From assembly GCA_963823665.1 (NCBI GenBank), contig CAWGMQ010000004.1, forward strand, positions 672,001-736,000: DNA of 64,000 nt. The letters are read 5' to 3'. Within the stretch, counting starts at the first letter, position 1. The number at the start of each line of letters is the position of its first letter. Source of the stretch: an uncultured Planctomycetota bacterium (GTDB taxonomy: Bacteria > Planctomycetota > Planctomycetia > Isosphaerales > Isosphaeraceae). Of this stretch, positions 1 to 10,902 are shown one piece after another. The notes below the pieces were generated by a model. That model had not been told where the DNA came from. It made no database searches and saw only the letters and a program-made list of their open reading frames with translations. The translations under genes were made by a program, and so were the position numbers.

Positions 1-1767
1 CGGATGGCCGTCGTTATCGTAGTCGCCAACCGTCACCCCCAGGCCGTATCCACCGCGCCGGGCAATCTTGCCGATTCCGGACGCTTCGGTCACGTCGACG
101 AACGTGCCGTCGCCGCGATTGCGGAACAGGCGGTCGCACGGCAGTGGCTCAGCTTCCGCCGGCGCATTCTGCAAGGCATGCAGCGGCCCCCCTTGAACGC
201 AGTACACGTCGTACCACCCGTCACCGTCGAAATCGATGAGGCCCAGCCCACCCGACATCGTCTCGGGCAGTTCGTGCTGCAAGGTCTTGCCGTTGTCGAA
301 GACGAAGCGAAGGCCTGCCTTCTGGGCATCATCGACGAACGTGGGAAGGGTCCTCGAGGAGGAATCCGCGCCCGCGGAGCCGGCAGCCTTGATGGCGGCG
401 CCATCCACCGGCCGCAGCGCGATGAGCTGATCGGCGAGAGTGATCTCGCCGGTGACTCGGATGCCGCTGCCTCGAAACGCGTAGGCAGAGGAGAGCGATA
501 CAGCGTTTGGCCGAAGGCTCGCAGGAAGCGGGGAAACCGCCGGGGTCTGGGAGCCCGCAGCCGACGGGACCGGATCGCGCAGCCCGGCCTCAGCCAGGAT
601 CGACCACGCCTGGGCGTCGAACGGGCGGCCCAGCGTCGTCGTCAGCTCGGCAAGGTCTGCCGCGCGGCTCGAGAGGTCATCACCGTCGAACAGCGCCTTG
701 CGGTACGTGTCGTGGGCACGGTCGACCAGGGCCTTGCGGCGGTGCCACTCTTCCGATTCTTTCACGCGGCCCGAGCCGACCATCAGCACGGCCAGCCGTT
801 CCAGGGCCTTCGTGTTCCCGGGATCGGCTGCAACGAGCGCTTGGAGCTCGCGCTCTTCGGCCGCCGGATCGCGGCGCACGGCCATCAGCCAGGCGCGCAG
901 CTCGAGCACCGTGGGCGGATCGAAATCGGCCGCGTGAAGGTGGCCGAGCGCCATCCAGAAGCCGGCCTCGTCCAGCGTGCCCAAGGCCAGCTCGAGGCGG
1001 GCGCGCCAGACGGCCGGGTCATCCGGGCGCTTCAGAATGCAGCGATCGAGCCACGGGGCGGCTTCGGCCCAGTTGCCGGTTGTGATGGCCACGTTGGCGC
1101 GCCCCAGCCAGACCCGATCGTCGTCGCCGTCGGCGTTCTCGAGTGCTTTTTTCCACGCCTCGACCGGCATCGGCGAGTGGTCGAGCGTCCACAATTCCTT
1201 CAGGTCGCCCGCCGGCGTGGGCGAGCGCGCCCAGCCGCCGCGCACGATCTCGCGAACCTCGTCGAACCGGCCCTGGAAGCGGTAAAGCCGGCTCAGCACG
1301 CGCTCAAGCTCGTAGCGCAGAGCGGCATGCGGCTCGCCGAGCGCCTGAAGCAGCGTTTCTTCAGCCGGAGTGTAGCGCCCGGTGTTGATCAAGTGCGTGG
1401 CGCGCAGCAAGCTGCCGCGGTCGTGATAAGGGCTGCTGCGAGGGATCTTGGACCAGGCCTCGAGCGCCCGTGTCGCCGCCGCCTGGGCTTCCGCGCGACG
1501 CTCCGGGGGCTCGTTTCGGCCGCGCTCCAGCTCGCATTCGCCCAGCAGGAGGTAGACCTCGCCGTCACCGGTCCAGCGCTCGGCGAGTCGGGAGAGGCGG
1601 GAACTTGCGAGCGCGTAATGGCCCCCGGCCAGCGCCGCGCGGGCCTCGGCAAGCTCAGCCTGCAATGACCTCTGCCGGATCAAATACGCGCATGCTGCCC
1701 CCACCATTGAGAGGAGCACGAGAGCCCCCAGCACCCACCACGCGGTGCCGCCCCGTCGCTTTGCCAT
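1..1767 (-). CDS. TPR + FG-GAP/ASPIC-UnbV (CRTAC1 family) membrane-anchored protein, 3' end outside the window
   Basis: Read by hand on the minus strand from ATG 1767: MAKRRGGTAWWVLGALVLLSMVGAACAYL (TM segment), a helical TPR-like region, then GYGLGVTVGDYDNDGHP at the window edge. The + strand ORF 4..1668 is its antisense shadow. Confidence 0.85.
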   Translation of the reverse strand, partial: MAKRRGGTAWWVLGALVLLSMVGAACAYLIRQRSLQAELAEARAALAGGHYALASSRLSRLAERWTGDGEVYLLLGECELERGRNEPPERRAEAQAAATRALEAWSKIPRSSPYHDRGSLLRATHLINTGRYTPAEETLLQALGEPHAALRYELERVLSRLYRFQGRFDEVREIVRGGWARSPTPAGDLKELWTLDHSPMPVEAWKKALENADGDDDRVWLGRANVAITTGNWAEAAPWLDRCILKRPDDPAVWRARLELALGTLDEAGFWMALGHLHAADFDPPTVLELRAWLMAVRRDPAAEERELQALVAADPGNTKALERLAVLMVGSGRVKESEEWHRRKALVDRAHDTYRKALFDGDDLSSRAADLAELTTTLGRPFDAQAWSILAEAGLRDPVPSAAGSQTPAVSPLPASLRPNAVSLSSAYAFRGSGIRVTGEITLADQLIALRPVDGAAIKAAGSAGADSSSRTLPTFVDDAQKAGLRFVFDNGKTLQHELPETMSGGLGLIDFDGDGWYDVYCVQGGPLHALQNAPAEAEPLPCDRLFRNRGDGTFVDVTEASGIGKIARRGGYGLGVTVGDYDNDGHP

Positions 1768-2110
1768 TCTGGCCCTTCCCCCAGCCCCGGTGACACGATA
1801 GGGCGCTATCATCGCGGAAAAGGGCTCGGCCCGGCAAGTGGCCCAACTGAAGAGCAGGGGAGCCTATGAGCGACGCTCTTCAAAAGCCACTCCAATCCAT
1901 GGACTTCGCGCAAGCGCGGCACCACCCGTGCAGAGGAAGCTCGCCAGGCGCGGCCCTTAGCCTGACTTGAGTGCTCCGCTCCTGCGGGTTATGTTCGAAA
2001 GGGTGCTTCGAGCGAGCGGCTCGACGAATCAGGCCGGCTGTCTTCCGGCAAGGAACGATCGGCTCGAGTGGGTCACCTCTGTGGTCGTCAAGGAGTTATC
2101 CAGTAACACA

Positions 2111-3409
2111 ATGATTGCGGCTGATCGGTCGCGCCGGCGAGCCATCGCATGGATCGCAGCCGCGATCGCGGGGATCGTGCTCACGCTGTTCCTCGCGTTC
2201 AAGGTCCGGAGCACCCTGGGAGCCGCACGCGCGGCCCGCGAAGCCCGGCTGGCAATCGCTGCGGGCCGTCTCCGCCAGGCGAAAGAGCCGCTCGAGCGGT
2301 GGCTTCGCGCCGAACCAGGGGCGGCTGAACCGCATGCCCTTCTCGCCCAGGTCGCGCTCGAGGAAGGCGATCTGGGGAAAGTCACCGATCAACTCAACCA
2401 GGCCCGCGCACTCGGTTATCCCAAAAGCGAGCTCGAGCGCCTGCACGCGGTCACGCTCGCGCGGATTGGCCGATTCGCCGAGGCCGAGCCGATCCTGATG
2501 CGGCTTTATCAGTCCCAAGTCGAACCCGATCCGGCGGTCGACGAGGCGCTGGCGCGGCTTTATTTGATGACCTACCGGCTGAAACACGCCGAGCAGGTCA
2601 TCCGCCGATGGATCCACGACGCCCCGACGGACGCTCGGCCGTTCCTGTGGCTGACCGAATATGACCGCAGGATGGAAGTCGACAACACCGAGGCACTCGA
2701 GGAACATTACCACGCGGCGCTCGAGCGCGACCCGGGTCTCGACCCGGCCCGGCTCGGCCTGGCCGAGACACTCAGAAAGGTGCACCGCAACACCGAGGCG
2801 GCCCCTGAATATGAGGCCTATCTGGCGCGTCATGCAGCCGATTCAGCCGCGCTTTCCGGCGCAGGCCGCAACGACCTCGCGCTTGGCGACCTGGACTCAG
2901 CCGCCCTCAAGCTGGACAAGGCCCTCGCGATCGACGGGCGTGATTCCGGCGCGCTCAAGGGCCGGGCTGAACTCGACGTCGCTCGCCGCGAACCGGGGAA
3001 GGCGCTCGAACGCCTCGACCGCGCGCTCGAGATCGACCCGTTTGACACCGAGGCCCTGTACACGCGCGGCCGGATCCACGCCATGCTTGGCGACACCGCC
3101 CGGGCCAAACAAGACATGGATTCGTTCAAGCGCTACACCAATGACCACGCCGCACTGCTCGAGCTGCGCGGCCGTTTGATGACAAACCCGAACGACAATT
3201 CGCTCCGCTGCAAGGTCGCTGCCTGGATGCTCGCCCATGGCCGTGATTCAGACGGCCTGGGCTGGGCCCAGGCGGTCCTGGCCAGCGATCCGGACCATCC
3301 CGAAGCCAACGGGCTTCTCGCCGGCTATTACAGCACTCGGCCCAAGGAGGCGGGGCTCGCGAACTACTATCGCCTGCGCGCCTCTTCCCGGCAGCGGCCA
3401 GCGCAATGA
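2111..3409 (+). CDS. N-terminally anchored TPR repeat protein
   Basis: ATG 2111 follows AAGGAG. TM segment then repeated TPR-like helices (ALERDPGLDPARLGLAE, ALEIDPFDTEALYTRG). Confidence 0.85.
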   Translation: MIAADRSRRRAIAWIAAAIAGIVLTLFLAFKVRSTLGAARAAREARLAIAAGRLRQAKEPLERWLRAEPGAAEPHALLAQVALEEGDLGKVTDQLNQARALGYPKSELERLHAVTLARIGRFAEAEPILMRLYQSQVEPDPAVDEALARLYLMTYRLKHAEQVIRRWIHDAPTDARPFLWLTEYDRRMEVDNTEALEEHYHAALERDPGLDPARLGLAETLRKVHRNTEAAPEYEAYLARHAADSAALSGAGRNDLALGDLDSAALKLDKALAIDGRDSGALKGRAELDVARREPGKALERLDRALEIDPFDTEALYTRGRIHAMLGDTARAKQDMDSFKRYTNDHAALLELRGRLMTNPNDNSLRCKVAAWMLAHGRDSDGLGWAQAVLASDPDHPEANGLLAGYYSTRPKEAGLANYYRLRASSRQRPAQ

Positions 3410-6326
3410 TCGCTCCGCTGTTCAAGAACCGGTTCGTACTCGCGCCGGCCGCCGTGCTCGTCGTGCTGCTCGGCTGGGCCGGCTACCGGGCGCTGTCGGC
3501 GCGCCGGCTTCGCGTCGAGCTCGACGCAGCCGCTCGCGATCTGGCCTCCGGCAACGCGATCAGAGCCAGGGACCGCCTGGCGCGCCTCGCCGGGACGTGG
3601 CCCGGCCGGGCCGAGATCCTGTACCCTCTGGGTGAAAGCGAGCTGGCCTGTGGCCGATTCGAGCAGGCGATCTCCGCCTGGTCCCAGATTCCACGAAGCT
3701 CGCCCCTGGCAGGCCAGGCCGCGCTACTTCACGCGAGACTCGCACTCCAGGCCGGCCGCTTCTCCGAGTCCGAGCGCATCCTGAAAGACGCTTTGAACGA
3801 ATCCGATCCGGCCGCGGGGGAGCTCTCGCACCTCCTTCTCCTGATCCTGGTCCAGCAGGGGCGGATCGAGGAAGCGCGCCGGCTGATCGAGGACCGCTGG
3901 AACAACCAGGGGCTCTCCACGCTCGAGCGGGTCGCTCTGCTTCACGACCACATCGCACTCGACCTCGAGACCACGCCGCTCGATGGAAATCTCGAATTCG
4001 TGGGATCCGCAAACACGCGCGACCCTGACGACGACGGGCTCTGGCTGGCTCGCGCCAACCTGGCTTTGAAGACCGGCCGGCTCGAGGAAGCCTCGCGCTG
4101 GCTGGACGCTGTGAACGCACGCCGAGCAGATGATCCGGCCGTCTGGCTGCTCGCCTGGAATGGGCGCAGGCATCCGGGCGGCTCGATCGGGCCCGCGACG
4201 CGTTGACCCACCTCAACGGCGCTGACTTCCGCGATGAAGAAATCGCCGGGCTCCGCGCCTGGATCGCCGGGCGAAAGGGTGACGCGAAAGCGGAGAAGCA
4301 TGCACTCGAGCAAGTGCTCGCCGCGAACCCGGGTCACCTCGCCGCGCTCGAGCGCCTGGCTGAGCTCAACTTCCGGGACGGCGCGGCAGACGAAGGACGC
4401 CGGCTCCGAAGTCTCAAATCCAAGCTCGACGCCAAGAAGGACCAGTACCAACGATTGTTCCGCGACGGTCGGCTCGAAGCCAGCGCCCCCGAGATGGCAC
4501 CCCTGGCCGCAGAACTCGGCCGCGACTTCGAGGCACTGGCTTTCGTGTCGCTCGCCGCCCTGAACGAACGCGGCAATCACACCGACAGAGGCAAGCTCGA
4601 GCGGCATGTCCCGCCCCGGGCTGTACGACCCGCCACGAGCGAGTCGCTCGCGAGCCTCTTCGCCCGCGAGCCGGAGCGAGCCGCTCGGCCGGAACCGGCC
4701 CAGCCGGCATCCCCGCTTCGATTCGAGGACGACTCGCGCGCATCGGGGCTCGCCGGCTTCGTTCTGGACAACGGCGCATCCCCGAGCCATCAGCTTCCCG
4801 AGGTCTTCTGCGGCGGAGCCGGCCTGATCGATTACGACGGCGACGGCTTCCTCGACGTCTATCTTATCCAGGGCGGACGATTCCCCCCTACTGGAGCCGA
4901 GCAAGAGAACGCGGACCGCCTGTTCCGGAACCGCGGCGACGGGACATTCGATGACGTGTCGAGCGCGACCGGATTGAGCGCCATGACCGGCGGCTACGGG
5001 CACGGAATCTCGGTCGGCGACTACGATAACGATGGCCACCCCGACATCTTCCTGACTCGATGGCGATCCTACGCCTTGTATCGGAACCGCGGCGACGGCA
5101 CATTCGAAGACGCCACCGCGAGAGCCGGCCTGGCCGGGGACCGCGACTGGCCGACTTCGTCGGCGCTCGCCGATCTCGATAACGACGGCGACCTCGACCT
5201 CTACGTGTGCCACTACGGGGTCTGGGACGACCGGAACCCGCTGTCCTGCAAGGACCCGAGCGGAAGGGTCAACATCTCCTGCGATCCTCGACTGATCGCA
5301 GCCCTGCCTGACCACGTCTTCCGCAACGACAACGGGCGGTTCGTCGACGTCACCAGGGAAGCGGGCATCGACGACCGTGACGGGCGTGGCCTGGGCGTTG
5401 TCGCCGCCGATTTCGACGGCGACGGCCTCACCGAGCTGTTCGTTGCCAACGACAGTACGGCCAACTTCCTGTTCCACAACCTGGGGGGCTTTCGCTTTGA
5501 GGAAGTCGGGCATCCCGCGGGCGTTGCCGCCAGCGCCAGCGGCGGATACCAGGCGGGGATGGGCGTGGCTTGCGGCGACTCGGACGGCGACGGGACGATC
5601 GATCTCGCCGTGACCAACTTCTACGGCGAGTCGACGTCGCTTTTTCACAACCTGGGGCGGGGACTTTTTGTTGATCACACGGCCGCCGTCGGGCTCGCCG
5701 CACCAAGCCGGTATGTTCTGGGCTTCGGCGCCGCGTTCCTGGACGCGGACAACGACGGCCAGCTCGACCTCATGACGGCCAACGGCCACGTCAACGACCT
5801 CCGGCCACAATTCCCTTTTCAGATGACCGCACAGCTCTATCGCGGCGAGGCCGGCGGGCGACTGGCCGATGTGACCGCGAGCGCCGGGCGGCCGTTCTCC
5901 CAGCTACACGTGGGCCGAGGACTGGCCGTGGGCGATCTCGACAACGACGGTCGAATCGACGCACTGCTCACTTCGCATAATGAGGTCCCGATCTACTTCC
6001 ACAATCGAACCGAGACCCTGGGCAGGCACTTCGCGATATTTCAACTGCGAGGCACCAGGTCCAACCGCGACGGGGTCGGCGCATCCGTGACGATCACTGC
6101 AGGCGGGCGCACACAGGTGACTCAGCGATTCGGAGGCGGCAGCTACCAGTCCGCCGGCGATTCCAGGCTCCATTTCGGACTGGGCTCGGCAACCCGGATT
6201 GATCGTGTCGAAATCCGCTGGCCGCTGGGACAGGTCGACCGTTTCGAGGATGTCGCAATCGACGCACAGTACATCGCGGTCGAAGCCGCCCAACGGCTCG
6301 ATCGCACCCCGCTCAGGCATCCATGA
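3406..6326 (+). CDS. TPR + FG-GAP/ASPIC-UnbV (CRTAC1 family) protein, one frameshift near 4150
   Basis: ORFs 3406..4206 and 4203..6326 join. Multiple DxDxDG FG-GAP motifs; C-terminal NRDGVGA...GGGSYQS...LHFGLG...IRWP ASPIC/UnbV signature. Start overlaps the upstream stop (ATGA). Confidence 0.85.
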
Positions 6327-6579
6327 AGGCGGCTGCGGTGCCCCTTGAAGCGTCAACGCGTTGAGTCCATGATGCTTACGATGATCGCAAGCAATCATTG
6401 AGAGCGATTTGATCTCGCGACGCTTTCCGGCCCACGATCGTCGGTTTTGCGAAAAAAAACGTTAATCGGAGGAGTAGGATCTTGCGATGAGCGCGAAATT
6501 TGCGCTTATTATCGGATGGTCAGTATTCATTTCATTGTCGTGCTCGTTCTTTGACTAACTCAAGAGGGAGTGGAGATCG

Positions 6580-7708
6580 ATGCTTGCAACTCGTAAGTCG
6601 GGCTCTAGGGGTTTCACCCTGATCGAGCTCCTGGTTGTTATTGCGATCATTGCGGTCTTGATTGCCTTGCTCTTGCCGGCCGTGCAGGCTGCTCGCGAAG
6701 CGGCCCGCCGCGCCCAGTGCACCAACAACCTCAAGCAGCTTGGGTTGGCGGTGCATAATTATCATCAACAGCAGAACTGTCTCCCCGCCGAGAACATGTT
6801 CCTCGGGCCCACAAACGATCTGGGCTGGGGCTGGTGTGCAAGCTGGGCGGTGTTCATGCTGCCCAACCTGGAGCAGCAGCCCTTGTACAACGCTTATAAC
6901 TTCTCCGTGAACGCCGACAACGTGATCAACTCCACGACCGCGTACTCGGCGATTCCAACGATGTTCGTGCCCCTCCGACAACCAGAAAGTACGGCCCAAC
7001 CAGCCGTGGGCGCCGACCAACTACGTCGCCAATCACGGCGGGCCGGGCGTCATCCGGATGTGGTCCGGCACGATCGTCGAGTTCCTCACGTGTTCGGTGC
7101 CCGGCGACAAAATCAACGGCTGGGGGCCCGGCACTTACTGGTGGGGGGCAGACAACAACCTCGGCTTCTTCGGCTTTGAAAGCGTCACCGACGGCACCGC
7201 CAACACCGGCCTCTTCAGCGAGAAGCTGCTCGGCTGGTCGGCTGGAAATAACGGCGCCGCGCTGACGACCACTAGCTCCGAGGCGAAGCGGGGCATTTAC
7301 GTCATCAGCACCACCTCCGTCGCCTACAACTCGCAGAGCACGGCCCTGGCCCAGCAGAGCGTTATAGCCTGCCAGTCGATACCGTCTGGTTCGCCACAGG
7401 CGGTGAACAACACCGGCTGGCTCAATGGCTTTTCCTGGTGCTTGGGGTACGAATGGCACACCGTGGTCAATTCGTATCATCACTACAACACGCCCAACAA
7501 GTTGACCTGCTTGAATGCCAGCGACCCAGGCAGCCTTTGGGGCGGAACTTCGGGCATGTCGACGGCCACCAGCAACCACCCGGCCGGCGTCAACGTCTGC
7601 TTCACCGACGGCTCGGTGCGGTTCGTCAAGGACTCCGTCGCCGCGAGCACGTGGTGGGCACTCGGCAGCCGCAACGGGGGTGAGGTCGTGAGCGCAGATC
7701 AGTACTGA
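6580..7708 (+). CDS. DUF1559 (prepilin N-methylation + H-X9-DG) protein, copy 1, frameshift near 6965
   Basis: [34 protein letters not shown]...[11 protein letters not shown] at the N-terminus; C-terminal [18 protein letters not shown]. Confidence 0.9.
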
Positions 7709-7732
7709 GCGCTTTTCTGTTGTGCAGCAAAT

Positions 7733-7799
7733 CGAAACACGGACTCCGCCGCGCGGCCACGACTTGTGCGGAAGCCGCACGCGGAGCCGGTTTCGTTTT
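7733..7799 (+). terminator. intercistronic stem-loop (possible terminator or mRNA stabiliser)
   Basis: cgaaac-a-cgg-a-ctccgc ... gcggag-ccg-gtttcg followed by tttt. Confidence 0.4.
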
Positions 7800-7892
7800 C
7801 ACCAAGCTGCTTTGTCGGAGATTGGTTGCAGCAAGCCGTTGCCAGACTAAGCGCCTCGTGAGAACAAGAGAAATCAATTCGGAGACAACGGG

Positions 7893-8129
7893 ATGAAGCA
7901 AGTTTTGTTCGTTGCCTGCCTCGTGTTCGGTTCGTTCGGATTGACGGGCTGCGATTCGGGGGGCATTCCCGAGGGCCAGCCGGAAACGACGAAGCCAGAC
8001 GTTCCACTCCTTCCCGCAGACGCGGCCAAAGGCCCGAAAATGCCCGCCGGCGGCGCTGCCCCCGGAAAGGACGCGCCTAAGGGCGAAGCTCCTGGAACGC
8101 CCCCCGCTCCGGACGCGACCAAGAACTGA
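7893..8129 (+). CDS. small Pro/Ala/Lys-rich lipoprotein (paralog 1)
   Basis: GGAGA RBS; signal peptide with lipobox LTGC; low-complexity tail. Confidence 0.8.
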   Translation: MKQVLFVACLVFGSFGLTGCDSGGIPEGQPETTKPDVPLLPADAAKGPKMPAGGAAPGKDAPKGEAPGTPPAPDATKN

Positions 8130-8193
8130 TGCGGCATGAACGACCATCGGATATTCGTTTAGATTCACACCCATACGGAACGGAGACAATCAG

Positions 8194-8442
8194 ATGAAGC
8201 GAGTTTTATTGAGCGCGTGCCTTGTGTTTGGTTCGTTCGGCCTGGCGGGCTGCGATTCCGGCGGCGTCCAGGAGGGAATGCCGACCGACGCAGCCAAGGT
8301 CGATGTGCCGCTCAATTCGATTCCGGCAAACGCGGCCGAAGGACCGAAAATGCCGAAGGATGGCGCCGCCCCCAAGAAGGATGGCGCCAAGGCGGCCGAG
8401 GCTCCTGGCACTCCGCCTGCCCCGGATGCGACCAAGCAATGA
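8194..8442 (+). CDS. small Pro/Ala/Lys-rich lipoprotein (paralog 2)
   Basis: Lipobox LAGC. Clear tandem paralog of 7893..8129 (shared GCDSGG, GPKMP, APGTPPAPDATK). Confidence 0.8.
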   Translation: MKRVLLSACLVFGSFGLAGCDSGGVQEGMPTDAAKVDVPLNSIPANAAEGPKMPKDGAAPKKDGAKAAEAPGTPPAPDATKQ

Positions 8443-8464
8443 CACCACAAGCCCGGTGAGCTTG

Positions 8465-8501
8465 AAACGGGCCCGGCGCGAGCGCCGGGCTCGTTTGTTT
8501 T
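8465..8501 (+). terminator. intrinsic terminator
   Basis: aaacgggcccggcg-cgag-cgccgggctcgttt followed by gtttt. Confidence 0.7.
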
Positions 8502-8535
8502 CACGTTCGTTCTTGTCGAACACTGGGCCACGATC

Positions 8536-10878
8536 ATGATCGATGCAGCCCGTTCCGCAGGCCGATCGCTTCGTCGCAGGCTGTTCCTCGGCGGGATTGC
8601 CATCGGAGCGATACTCCTGTTGCTCGCGCTGGTCCTGGAGCGGAGAATCCATGCCCGTTCCCGCACTGCCCTACCCGGCGGTCAGACAACGAGCCAAAGC
8701 GGCGCCGGCCGCCCCAGCGGCCCCGGCTCCAAACCAGCGGCCCGGCCCCCACTGGTGTACTTGCCGCGCAGGCAGGTCGACACCGGTGGTTTCGCGTCAA
8801 TCATGGGCCGCCTGAAACGCTGGAGCGCGAGCGCAACGCTCGAAGAAATCGCCGAAAGCTGGCGCGACGAGCCCGCTCGCAACCTCAAGCGCATTGACCG
8901 CGAACTCGCCGATCCCGGCAAAACAGACATTGAGAAACTGCAACTACGCCTCGAGCGGGCCACGTTCTTGAATTTCAAGGGTGACCCCAGGGCCAGCTAT
9001 GACGCACTCGTCCAGACGCGGGCTTGGCTCGAGACAACCGATCGACCGGCCGAGGTCGGTCTCTACAGTCTGATCTTTTTCCAGGGCGTAAGCGCCCTGC
9101 GGCGCGGCGAGACCGATAACTGTGTCATGTGTCGCGGCGAAAGCTCGTGCATCTTGCCTATCGCACCCGCGGCCGTGCACACGCAACCGGACGGGTCTCG
9201 GCTGGCGATCGCGCATTTCACCGAGTATCTCACAAAGTTTCCCGACGATCTCGCGGTCCAATGGTTGCTTAACCTCGCCTACATGACTCTGGGTGAATAT
9301 CCCCAGAAAGTCGATCCTCGATTCCTGATCAAGCTCGATCATTTCTTGAAATCGGAAGTTGATATCGGCAAGTTCCGCGATATCGGCCACGCCGCGGGAG
9401 TCGACCGATTCAACATGGCCGGAGGCTCCGTGCTGGAGGACTTCGACGGCGACGGCTTGCTCGATCTGGCGGTCACTTCGTTCGACCCGACGCTGCCGAT
9501 GGTGTTGTACCACAACAATGGCGACGGCACGTTCAAAGAGCAGACCGAAGCCGCCGGGCTCAAAGGGCAGCTCGGCGGCAAGAACCTGGTCCAGACCGAT
9601 TTCAACAACGACGGCCGGATGGACCTGTTCATCTCCCGAGGCGCGTGGCTTCCCTACGCGATGCCGCAGTCGCTCTTGCGAAACAACGGCGACGGAACCT
9701 TCACCGACGTGACCAGGGCCGCCGGCTTGGGCGAGCCCGTTGATTCCACCGCGTCGTGCTGGGCCGACTACGATAACGACGGTCTGCTCGACGTCCTCAT
9801 TCTGACCGAGCTTCAGGGCAACCGCCTCTACCACAACCGCGGCGACGGCACATTCGAGAATGTCACCGCCAGGGCAAACATCGGCAGCAACCCGCGGCGC
9901 TATTGCAAGGGTGCCAACTGGATCGACTTCGACAACGACGGATTCCCGGATCTGTTCGTGGACCACTTGAACGGGACCGCGGCTCTCTACCACAACAATC
10001 GGAATGGGACCTTCAGCGATGTCACCGAGTCGATGGGGATCGACGGTCCGCAGATCGGTTTCTCGTGCTGGGCGTGGGACTACGATAACGACGGCTTCCA
10101 GGACATCTTCGCGACCTGTTTCGACTACTCGATCGAAGACATCGTCAAGGGGATGATTGGCCAAGGGCACAAACGCCTCTCCAACCGGCTCTTGCACAAC
10201 GTCAAGGGAGAGCGATTCGAGAACAAGACGAAGGAGGCAGGCCTCGACCTGGTCTTCGCCGCGATGGGCAGCAACTTCGCCGACTTCGACAACGACGGCT
10301 TCCTCGATTTCTATCTCGGGACCGGCGATCCAGACTTGACCACACTCGTGCCGAACCGGATGTTCAAGAACTTGGGCGGCACTCGCTTCGCGGACATCAC
10401 GGCCAGCTCCGGGACGGGTAACCTCCAGAAGGGCCACGGAGTCGCCTGCGCCGACTGGGACCGCGACGGCGACGTCGACCTTTTCATCGAGATGGGCGGC
10501 GCGACCTACGGCGACCAGTATCACAATATCCTGTTTCAAAACCCAGGGCAGGGGAACCACTGGCTCACCGTCAAGCTGCAAGGCGTGAAGACGAATCGGC
10601 CGGCCATCGGTGCGCGGATCAAGGTTGTGACCACAGGCGAGCGCCCGCAAAAGATTCACCGCCATGTCTCCTCCGGCAGTAGCTGGGGAGCGAATGCGCT
10701 CCAGCAGACGATCGGCCTCGCCCGCGCACAGAAGGTGGCCGTGCTCGAGATTTACTGGCCCACGAGCGGAACAACCCAGACGTTCCACGACATCGCCGCC
10801 GACCAGGCGATCGAGGTGACGGAGTTTGCCAAAGACTATCGCAAACTCGACTGGAAACCGATTCCGGCGCCCAAGTGA
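8536..10878 (+). CDS. FG-GAP/ASPIC-UnbV (CRTAC1 family) protein with N-terminal Cys-triad helical domain
   Basis: TM anchor; LRRGETDNCVMCRGESSCILPI; many DFDxDG repeats; LQKGHGV; ASPIC C-terminus. Confidence 0.9.
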   Translation: MIDAARSAGRSLRRRLFLGGIAIGAILLLLALVLERRIHARSRTALPGGQTTSQSGAGRPSGPGSKPAARPPLVYLPRRQVDTGGFASIMGRLKRWSASATLEEIAESWRDEPARNLKRIDRELADPGKTDIEKLQLRLERATFLNFKGDPRASYDALVQTRAWLETTDRPAEVGLYSLIFFQGVSALRRGETDNCVMCRGESSCILPIAPAAVHTQPDGSRLAIAHFTEYLTKFPDDLAVQWLLNLAYMTLGEYPQKVDPRFLIKLDHFLKSEVDIGKFRDIGHAAGVDRFNMAGGSVLEDFDGDGLLDLAVTSFDPTLPMVLYHNNGDGTFKEQTEAAGLKGQLGGKNLVQTDFNNDGRMDLFISRGAWLPYAMPQSLLRNNGDGTFTDVTRAAGLGEPVDSTASCWADYDNDGLLDVLILTELQGNRLYHNRGDGTFENVTARANIGSNPRRYCKGANWIDFDNDGFPDLFVDHLNGTAALYHNNRNGTFSDVTESMGIDGPQIGFSCWAWDYDNDGFQDIFATCFDYSIEDIVKGMIGQGHKRLSNRLLHNVKGERFENKTKEAGLDLVFAAMGSNFADFDNDGFLDFYLGTGDPDLTTLVPNRMFKNLGGTRFADITASSGTGNLQKGHGVACADWDRDGDVDLFIEMGGATYGDQYHNILFQNPGQGNHWLTVKLQGVKTNRPAIGARIKVVTTGERPQKIHRHVSSGSSWGANALQQTIGLARAQKVAVLEIYWPTSGTTQTFHDIAADQAIEVTEFAKDYRKLDWKPIPAPK

Positions 10879-10902
10879 GCCAGCGGTGATCCGCGACCGG
10901 TG

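Noticed and set aside
4..1668. Long ORFs antisense to ASPIC and other genes (4..1668, 3942..5810, 8944..10788, 45636..47594, 60225..62363)
   Set aside because: They are shadow frames of GC-rich real genes on the opposite strand and carry no motifs of their own.
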